From a virus (lineage: Duplodnaviria > Caudoviricetes), in IMG/VR virus record IMGVR_UViG_3300028025_001824, positions 1 to 61,176 of that record: a stretch of DNA of 61,176 nt; one strand, 5' to 3'. Of the stretch, positions 54,469 to 61,176 are shown piece after piece. Each line of letters starts with the position of its first letter. The first letter of the stretch is position 1. The position numbers were made by a program, and so were the translations under genes. The notes under the pieces were generated by a model. It saw only the letters and a program-made list of their open reading frames with translations. It did no database searches and had not been told where the DNA came from.

Positions 54469-56388
54469 TTATCCCTCCTCTTTTGGTAACGGCAGAACTT
54501 CAACTGGTATGTCAAAGCCTTTCGATTTGAGCGCTGTGCGGATTGATTCCGCTTGTGCCACATGGTCTCTCGGGGTGTATTCGTAGGTATTGTCATCGAA
54601 ACTCTTAGAGGGTACTACATAAACAGCCTTTATATCTTTAAGTTTTACTTGACCGTAGACCTGAGCCTCTGCGTAACTCTCACGCTGGAATCCGCCATGG
54701 CTGGATGAAAGGTCGTAATAGGCTCCAGCATTGATAAGGTCGGTCTTTGTGTTACGGCTTAAAGGCTGAGGAATTGCGTGTCTGTCCAATGAATCTGGGA
54801 TTGTGTATGAGGTGCGCTCCCTAACCTCATCTTTGAGAACAACCCGAACTTCGCCGTATTGACCTACACCTGTGTTATTTACATTCCACTTATCGGTGTT
54901 ATACGGGGATGTATTAGGAGTCTTTCCGTCATTTTGTACTGCCAAGTAACCGTAGATAGGGCGCTCAGATGCTTTTGTATCAAGGGGAACTCCAGCCATA
55001 GCCAACTCAGCCTCTCTGCGTAGCGCTGGCTTGTAGGCTCCGTTTGATTCTCTGGTTTCGTGTTGAGTCTTAAATCTGCCATCCTTGATAACGCCAAGAA
55101 AATCTTCGGTCTCAATTGCTACAACTGGAGAAGCCTTAGATATATTTTCAGCAAGAGTTTTCATAGTCTTTGCTCTTTGCTCAAAATATTCTCTACTGCC
55201 GCCCTTTTCTTGGTAGTCGCCAAAATCTCTTGAGTAAGTTTTTTCTGCCGCTTCTTGACGAAGTGCTTCGTTGTACATAGTTACATACATAGATGCTCTG
55301 GATGCAATCGCTTGACCGTAATAAAGAGCCTGACGGGAACCCATTCCAGCATCTAGGGCTTCCTGCCGAGCAGAGTTTTCAATCTCCTCATAATTACCGC
55401 CAAGCATTTTTTCTTCATAATCTCTGAAGATTTGAGCGCCCTCTGGGTCATCCCACTCGTAAGGCGCTCTATATGTCATAAATGGTTGGTCTAAACTGTC
55501 ATTAACTGGCTCTCTTACAGTTAGATATTCATAGCCAGAACCATCTTCTTTTGGCTTGTAAGTTCGCCTTCCTCGCGTAACTTCATCTTTTTTAGTAATT
55601 AAACCGTCATCAAAATACTTCTTAAGTGACCCTTTTATATCTGCAAGTTCGTGAGGCAAACCAGATGCCGCCCAGCGACCATGGGTAGATTGGTCATGCT
55701 GACCCATAAGATGCTTTTGAACCGCTCCACCAATATCGGCTTTATTCACAGTTAATTTATCGGCATTGAACAGAACAACTTCAGCCCTACCCGTTGCATA
55801 GACTGAATAACCGTCATAACCTTTTGCCGCCCAATAAAGGTTTGCAATATCTGAATCAGAAAAATTGTCCATCTTGCCAGAAGTGATTCTTTCCAAAATC
55901 TTTGGCATATCTAAAGATGATTCTTTATCAAACAGGCTAAATGCTTTATTCCAAGCAATTTCACCTTCAACCAACTTAGCGCTTTTATCCAATCTTAAAC
56001 GAATAAGTTCACCATAAGATGAAGCGTAATCTGGTTCAGAAGAAACATAAATGCCCTGCCCCCATGTCTGAAATGGCGTAAAAGGAATTCTTCCATCTAA
56101 TAATCTTTGAGCATCTCTATCAACATCCGTAACTCCACGGTAAAAGTTAATTTCATCTTCAGAGAGATTTTCTAAGGATGGCTTCATGCTCTTACCTAGG
56201 CGCTCGGCAACCTTGCGATACATCTCATCAACTGTTTTTGAACTGGAAATAATGTTACTGATTTCATCATTTGATAACTCGGTGGTTGTTCCTTGAGACC
56301 CTTCAGCCCAGTTTCCGTGGCTTGACTGGTCATGCTCTTGATGTTTTAGAACTGGGATTAACCCAGGCTGGAATTTAATTACCTTCAT
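54469..56388 (-). CDS. polyvalent head protein with two ART-like domains (second is DUF3626-like)
   Basis: YRG...G.GIY...A..Y...GYDG...EVV; GRFKTQHET..S...ERPIYG...YG...DS...YAEAQVYG; two HDQ tags. Confidence 0.72.
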   Translation of the reverse strand: MKVIKFQPGLIPVLKHQEHDQSSHGNWAEGSQGTTTELSNDEISNIISSSKTVDEMYRKVAERLGKSMKPSLENLSEDEINFYRGVTDVDRDAQRLLDGRIPFTPFQTWGQGIYVSSEPDYASSYGELIRLRLDKSAKLVEGEIAWNKAFSLFDKESSLDMPKILERITSGKMDNFSDSDIANLYWAAKGYDGYSVYATGRAEVVLFNADKLTVNKADIGGAVQKHLMGQHDQSTHGRWAASGLPHELADIKGSLKKYFDDGLITKKDEVTRGRRTYKPKEDGSGYEYLTVREPVNDSLDQPFMTYRAPYEWDDPEGAQIFRDYEEKMLGGNYEEIENSARQEALDAGMGSRQALYYGQAIASRASMYVTMYNEALRQEAAEKTYSRDFGDYQEKGGSREYFEQRAKTMKTLAENISKASPVVAIETEDFLGVIKDGRFKTQHETRESNGAYKPALRREAELAMAGVPLDTKASERPIYGYLAVQNDGKTPNTSPYNTDKWNVNNTGVGQYGEVRVVLKDEVRERTSYTIPDSLDRHAIPQPLSRNTKTDLINAGAYYDLSSSHGGFQRESYAEAQVYGQVKLKDIKAVYVVPSKSFDDNTYEYTPRDHVAQAESIRTALKSKGFDIPVEVLPLPKEEG

Positions 56389-57395
56389 CGGGTGCCTCTA
56401 TCTGGTGGCAAGATTACGAAGGTGCAACGGCAATTAGGGTGAACTATGGGCTTCTCCAGCCCAATAGAGAAGGTTCCAAGCCAAGGTACGACTTCTCCAT
56501 TCAAAGGCGCACAAATGTCGCAGGTGCGCTCATCTGGGGCTGTAATCCACATTTTCATTGTCGCTGGGTCAATGTATCCCGCTTCATCGGCTTGGCGATA
56601 GCCTTCCAAACGCCCTTCATTCTGGGCTATCTGAATCTCTGTGCGAGCAATTGTCTTAGCGCGAGCGCTTTTGAGGCGGTCTGCATACGCGGTAGCAGAT
56701 TTCTGGGCGCGTTCGATTGCTTGAGCCTCTTTGATACCAGCCTTAATTAAACGGTCTAGTTCACGATTCTCAAACTTTCGAACGGCATCAGCCCACTTAG
56801 GATGGAGACCAATTATATTTTTGATTCGAACGGCTGTTCGTCTTACATCAATTTGCTCATTGAAAGAATCAATAATTATTTTGCGGATTGCCTGACGGGT
56901 TAAATCATCAATACTCTGCACCAACTGTCCAGCCCTACGAGATGCGAAGGCTAGGGAATTAGGGTTTGTCTTATCGAAAGAAAGGCTAAACGCAATTGGC
57001 TCTGGATTAACTCTTGCCCAATTAGGAATCTTTGAGAAATCCATATTTGCCATGGCTTCAGGATTAGCAATTCGAACTTGGGTAGGGGTAAATGCTGGTA
57101 ACGCCAACTGAGGAGCAATATCTTTTAGCCCCTTGATTGCATCTTTTCCACCTAGGTCAATAATGCTAAGCAACTGATTTTCAATCTTGTTTGCATCACC
57201 TTGAATTGAGATTGCTCGCAGTAATCGGTCAAGGGTGTCTGCATCAAGTCGCCCAAGAATCTTGGCTAACTCATCTACCTTAATTTTGTCCGTTGCATTA
57301 CGGATTGCATTGACAAGGACACGCGCCATCGCCGCTTCCTCGGGTGTGAGAGGGTTTCTGGAGCCATCTGAGCCAGAGCCGAACCTAATTGCCAT
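56385..57395 (-). CDS. MuF / SPP1 gp7-like head morphogenesis protein
   Basis: RAKTIARTE...W....DERTC.IC..L.G...HPNCRC. Confidence 0.9.
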   Translation of the reverse strand: MAIRFGSGSDGSRNPLTPEEAAMARVLVNAIRNATDKIKVDELAKILGRLDADTLDRLLRAISIQGDANKIENQLLSIIDLGGKDAIKGLKDIAPQLALPAFTPTQVRIANPEAMANMDFSKIPNWARVNPEPIAFSLSFDKTNPNSLAFASRRAGQLVQSIDDLTRQAIRKIIIDSFNEQIDVRRTAVRIKNIIGLHPKWADAVRKFENRELDRLIKAGIKEAQAIERAQKSATAYADRLKSARAKTIARTEIQIAQNEGRLEGYRQADEAGYIDPATMKMWITAPDERTCDICAPLNGEVVPWLGTFSIGLEKPIVHPNCRCTFVILPPDRGTR

Positions 57396-57398
57396 GCT

Positions 57399-58829
57399 CT
57401 ACTCCAAATCGCCGTCTAGCGGTTCCTGTCCTTCTGGAATATCCAGTTCTTCTTCCAAAGATGGCGGTGCATCAAAGTTTTCTGGAGCCGTAGCGCCTTC
57501 TGCATCTGGCATCGCTGGAGCGCCGTAGGCTTCTTGTCCATCATGCTCGGCAGGTGGTAATCCAGCCAAATCACGGAGATAATCTTCCAACTTAGGGTCT
57601 GGCATAAGAACACCAGCGGTAGCCAACTTGGTTACGAAGTCTGAAATCTCAGTCAAATCAACATGGCTTACTTCTCCGTAGGTAAGGTACGGGCATCGTG
57701 AAGCATCCATTCCATTAAGTTTTAGAAGGCGTGGAATCGCATATTGATTAAATACCTCAGCGATATTTTTAGCGATTGAATCAACTGCCATTGACCACAA
57801 ATCCATCTTGGTTGAGCCAAGAGCATAAGAACCAACGCGGTCTGAGCCGAGAAGAATAAAGTCTGAAAGGATTGACATAGACATACGCTGGTCATAGCGC
57901 TGAACAATCTTGTCTGTATCGAACTGACGAGAACCGCCTGAAGATAAGAGAACTAGGTCGAACTGCTTATGTCCTGCATCATCGTAAAGCGTTGGAAATA
58001 CAACACCCTCTTGCTCATTGCGCTTGATAGATGTGACGATGTTTTGAACTGTTGCTAAAACATTTGCTTGCTCGGCTGTAGCCGCACTTGATAGATACTC
58101 AGGTGGTACATAGGCAACTGGCAAACCTGCAAGGTCGCGTTCGATACCAACTGCTTCGATTTCCTCAATACGGCGCTTGAAGAACCAAGGGCGATATGCG
58201 TTACGAAGGATTGAGCGACCTTCTGGGTTATTTTTAGCGGTGGTTGTACGGAATAACAAAGCCTTTTCGATAGGGATGATGTGAGTGCCACCCGATGATG
58301 GGTCGGTCTGCTCCATTGCTTGAATTCCACCGCGCTCATCAATCTGCCAGCGGAATAAAGTTTCTTGCGAGCGGATAGGCAACTTGCGCCATCCGATTTT
58401 ATTATCTGTGTGCTTAGAGCGCTTAGATGGGTCTTTCGCATCTGGACCTGTACGCACTTTGTAAACAATTTCGTTATAGGAGTATCCGTAAACGAGCATT
58501 GAAAGAATTTGTGAAAGTGTTTGGTCCCATGAATCTGACATATCGTGCAAGCAAGAATCAATAAACGCCGCGACTTCTTCATCTTCAGGTTTTACATCTC
58601 CATCTACAGAATTATCTGAATATGGGTCTACGCGCCACTCAAGACGAGTAATAACCTTTTCAATCGCATAAAGCATTGACCCGATTGTTGGGTCATTGTC
58701 AGCCATTTCACGATAAACGCGAGCGCCACGAAGCCCACGAAGATTAACTAAGAATTCTTCGTAAACCGTTCCACCTGAACGGCGTAGCCCAGTAGAGCCG
58801 AGTTCCTGTAAATCTGGCTTTTCTGCCAT
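57399..58829 (-). CDS. portal protein (Mu gp29/DUF935-like)
   Basis: NPEGRSILR.AY..W..K...ERDLAG.P...GSYALG; upstream of MuF. Confidence 0.88.
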   Translation of the reverse strand: MAEKPDLQELGSTGLRRSGGTVYEEFLVNLRGLRGARVYREMADNDPTIGSMLYAIEKVITRLEWRVDPYSDNSVDGDVKPEDEEVAAFIDSCLHDMSDSWDQTLSQILSMLVYGYSYNEIVYKVRTGPDAKDPSKRSKHTDNKIGWRKLPIRSQETLFRWQIDERGGIQAMEQTDPSSGGTHIIPIEKALLFRTTTAKNNPEGRSILRNAYRPWFFKRRIEEIEAVGIERDLAGLPVAYVPPEYLSSAATAEQANVLATVQNIVTSIKRNEQEGVVFPTLYDDAGHKQFDLVLLSSGGSRQFDTDKIVQRYDQRMSMSILSDFILLGSDRVGSYALGSTKMDLWSMAVDSIAKNIAEVFNQYAIPRLLKLNGMDASRCPYLTYGEVSHVDLTEISDFVTKLATAGVLMPDPKLEDYLRDLAGLPPAEHDGQEAYGAPAMPDAEGATAPENFDAPPSLEEELDIPEGQEPLDGDLE

Positions 58830-58838
58830 TGTTTCCCT

Positions 58839-58997
58839 CTACTCTTTAGATGCTAGTCCGACAAGAATTTTGATTGCCTGTTCTTCGTTAAACCCTGCGC
58901 CCTGCAACTCCAAGAATAATTCATGTGTCTGCACAGCGAAAGCACCGAGAACGGACAAGACTCCACCGCCATTTAGGTCAGAGTAGTCGTGTTCCAC
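58839..58997 (-). CDS. small protein (52 aa, ...AGFNEEQA...)
   Basis: Read by hand; leaderless TAAAAT-6 nt-GTG. Confidence 0.65.
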   Translation of the reverse strand: MEHDYSDLNGGGVLSVLGAFAVQTHELFLELQGAGFNEEQAIKILVGLASKE

Positions 58998-59029
58998 CCA
59001 ATGATTTTAGCATTAAGTGAATTTTGTAC

Positions 59030-59329
59030 TTATTCTCCGTCTAGGACAAATTCCTTGCAATTCATACGCATAGTGGTAATTTCTTTTGCAAAGCGGCGAG
59101 CCATGTCTTTTGTACCCGCTTGAGCGTACATACGATGTTCTGTTTGCTCGCCGAGTGAATTAAATGAACGAAACGAAATCCTAAAAGGCAACTCATGGGA
59201 TGTCTCGGTCAATTCGATTTCTACATAATCGCCCACATCAATCTTGTGCGATACGAACGGTCTGCCAGATTCGGATACAACGACTTTAGCACCAGCAATA
59301 TTGCTGACGAAGTAATCAGTCCAAGCCAC
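59030..59329 (-). CDS. hypothetical protein
   Basis: AAAGGGG RBS; upstream -10 TATGAT with inverted box. Confidence 0.7.
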   Translation of the reverse strand: MAWTDYFVSNIAGAKVVVSESGRPFVSHKIDVGDYVEIELTETSHELPFRISFRSFNSLGEQTEHRMYAQAGTKDMARRFAKEITTMRMNCKEFVLDGE

Positions 59330-59381
59330 GATTTTCCCCTTTCATAAGGAAATTATTAACCCCTATCATACTATACGATGG

Positions 59382-59813
59382 TTAAAAAGGCGCAACATCC
59401 GAACCGAATGGAGCGCTCCAAGGGTCAGGCGTGGATGGATTGAATGAGGCATCTGTGCGCTGGACAACGCTTGCGGTGGTTACATGGCGCTTGAGGTCAA
59501 TTCCAACATTCCATGCGGTGACGGCAATCTTTGAGCGCTTAGCCCCTGTCGCCTTGTCATCCCAATTCTCTTGAACTGCGGTTCCGACCACAATCACGGA
59601 CATTCCCTTTTGAACTGAATCGGCTACATTCTCTGCGGTCTTACCCCAACATTTAATATCCCAAAATGTTGTATCGGTGTTTTCCCATGAGCCATCGGCT
59701 TGCTTGACTGATTTTGATGATACGACTGTGAAGGTTGCAATTGCTTTTCCGCTAGGGATAACACGCAACTCTGGGTCGGCTACTACATTTCCCGTTATAG
59801 TTAATTGAGTCAT
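59382..59813 (-). CDS. ssb: single-stranded DNA-binding protein
   Basis: ITGNVVADPELR...AENVADS..KGM.VIV.G...DPW...PF. Confidence 0.92.
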   Translation of the reverse strand: MTQLTITGNVVADPELRVIPSGKAIATFTVVSSKSVKQADGSWENTDTTFWDIKCWGKTAENVADSVQKGMSVIVVGTAVQENWDDKATGAKRSKIAVTAWNVGIDLKRHVTTASVVQRTDASFNPSTPDPWSAPFGSDVAPF

Positions 59814-60106
59814 TAGATTCTTCCTTCGGTAATAGGTATCGGGATGATATTTAGTTTTGTTCTCATGCTTTGTCTTTCTCTGGCTGAGGTTCCTCCCCAG
59901 ATTCCGACTACTGTGTAATGTAACGCGTAGGTCAGACATTCTTGTTTCCAAGGACACCTGCTACACATTGCCTTTACTTTTTTATTCTCCTCCGTGATTT
60001 TGTTCTTGTCTGGAAAATAAAACTCTGTATCAATCTGCGAGCAAATCGCTCCCTCGAACTGCCACGGTTTCAACACTAATAAATACTTCTCTCTCCTCAT
60101 TGACAA
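59813..60106 (-). CDS. whiB: WhiB family transcription factor
   Basis: C...FP...C..C....C..YA...GIWGGTS..ER. Confidence 0.9.
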   Translation of the reverse strand: MSMRREKYLLVLKPWQFEGAICSQIDTEFYFPDKNKITEENKKVKAMCSRCPWKQECLTYALHYTVVGIWGGTSARERQSMRTKLNIIPIPITEGRI

Positions 60107-60350
60107 TCAGCGGATATGGGGAATTAGGAGATAACCTAGCCAATAAATTGCCATTACGCCATACCTTGCCACCAGCAATTCCATCGTAATTAGAACTCTC
60201 TGGCTTTACTAAAGAGTCACACTCATTCCAGAATTTACAATTTCGGCAATACTGCAACCCAGGCTGGGCAAGGTCTAATTGATATTGGTCAAAGAGCCAC
60301 GGGTCTGAATTGCGACAAGGCGCGTTATCAATAAACTCTAATAAACTCAT
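60030..60350 (-). CDS. divergent WhiB-like protein
   Basis: CRNSDP.LF...CRNC....C...DGIAGG. Confidence 0.7.
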   Translation of the reverse strand: MSLLEFIDNAPCRNSDPWLFDQYQLDLAQPGLQYCRNCKFWNECDSLVKPESSNYDGIAGGKVWRNGNLLARLSPNSPYPLIVNEEREVFISVETVAVRGSDLLAD

Positions 60351-60427
60351 GGTGTAAATACTAGAGTTAGTTATTCGAATTGTTTGTGATTTGACTCTCT
60401 TGGCGTGTCGCTAATTCGCCATATCTT

Positions 60428-60718
60428 TCAACTAGGAGTTTCTGGAGAAGTTCCAGTCTCTCCTTCTCCGTCATCGTCATCGTCAAAAAGGTTGTCCTCT
60501 CCCCATGTATCTATCGCGTGATGCAGTAATCCTTTTTGTCGCCAATCAGGTTGCTGGTCATCTGCCAAAGTAGTTGTCCAGAAACCGTTAGCGGTTCCAT
60601 CTGTCCATTCCGCTACCAAGACCCAGCCAGTACAAATGGCTGGGTCAAGGAAAGCAACTCTGGCTATATCAGCAAGAGCGTTATCTATCGCGGAAGGTTT
60701 TTTCTGTTCTTCATCCAT
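60428..60718 (-). CDS. hypothetical actinobacterial-type protein
   Basis: TGWVLVAEW...P.W...GLL; leaderless start. Confidence 0.7.
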   Translation of the reverse strand: MDEEQKKPSAIDNALADIARVAFLDPAICTGWVLVAEWTDGTANGFWTTTLADDQQPDWRQKGLLHHAIDTWGEDNLFDDDDDGEGETGTSPETPS

Positions 60719-60727
60719 GCACCAACT

Positions 60728-61176
60728 CTAGTACCAAAGATTTCGGTGCCAGAAAGAATTGGCTTCGCATGGCGTGTCGTAGCGAGATTGGATATAGAGA
60801 AATCCTCTTTCAATCTGTCGCTCAACCGTAGTATCTGGGTCGAGTCCTAGAATCTGAGGAATTCCTCCTGCGTGAAGTCGCTCGCCATTTTGGTAAACGG
60901 CTTGCTTGTTATACGCATTTGGTCTCCAATTTGATTCGCCAGTCCACAAATCAACGAGACAAGCCCATTGCTTAGGTGTATCCCAGCCAAATAAAGCCAA
61001 CTGGGTTTTGGCGTATTCCTTTGCCGCCTCTGGTGTTCTTTCAACCAGAACTGGCTTAGGAGGTTTTACTGGTTCAACTATCTCAACTGCATTTGCCGAA
61101 GGGTCTCTTGGCATCTGAAGCGGATTGGTTGTAATCAGTAATGCGCTGATTAGCGCTATGTGAATCGGTTTTAGCG
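60728..61176 (-). CDS. lytic transglycosylase-like protein (5' truncated)
   Basis: CL..LW..ES.W...A.N...A.GIPQ...QI..G..YI..RY..PC.A; frame open to the window edge with a signal-like segment. Confidence 0.82.
   Translation of the reverse strand, partial: LKPIHIALISALLITTNPLQMPRDPSANAVEIVEPVKPPKPVLVERTPEAAKEYAKTQLALFGWDTPKQWACLVDLWTGESNWRPNAYNKQAVYQNGERLHAGGIPQILGLDPDTTVERQIERGFLYIQSRYDTPCEANSFWHRNLWY

Larger units (their letters stand above)
46793..56346 (-). repeat. dispersed coding repeat, ten copies of KH-x(1-3)-x-HDQ-x2-HG-x-WA
   Basis: Copies near 56325, 55690, 54255, 53535, 52775, 52180, 51460, 49235, 48600 and 46815. Confidence 0.95.

Noticed and set aside
46793-56346. HDQ repeats as a CRISPR array or DGR template/variable repeats
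   Set aside because: Copies are in frame, vary at synonymous positions and are hundreds to thousands of bp apart; no cas or reverse transcriptase gene was recognised.
1-61176. Integrase, att site, transposase, intron or intein
   Set aside because: No supporting motifs were seen; lifestyle is left undetermined.

Overview
A near-complete, probably circularly permuted 61 kb genome of a long-tailed (siphovirus-like) dsDNA phage. An actinobacterial host, plausibly a low-GC freshwater lineage, is inferred from two WhiB genes, many leaderless genes and GACAC boxes. Most genes lie on the minus strand. In that direction the order is: transglycosylase/whiB/ssb, portal, MuF, head-effector array, XkdF-type protease, scaffold, capsid, fibre/neck genes, tail, lysis, recombination/replication, DNA modification, terminase, and a 12 kb accessory region. 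No integrase, DNA polymerase, tRNA or CRISPR array was recognised. Main observations: (1) a ~10 kb array between MuF and the scaffold in which ten copies of a His-rich KHxxHDQxxHGxWA tag mostly precede a different effector-like domain (four ADP-ribosyltransferase-like domains, GNAT, zincin-like, ParB, RelA/SpoT-like), with candidate immunity modules fused to the start of the next gene; (2) a CmoA-like carboxy-SAM synthase coupled to a C5-cytosine methyltransferase whose motif-X Asn is replaced by Arg, which predicts 5-carboxymethylcytosine DNA; (3) a family of promoters sharing an AACCCC(A/C)GT box; (4) hairpins whose loops are complementary to the phage's own ribosome-binding sites; (5) a +1/-2 tail-chaperone frameshift; (6) a membrane-anchored SUEL-type lectin. 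All family calls come from visual motif recognition, not database searches.
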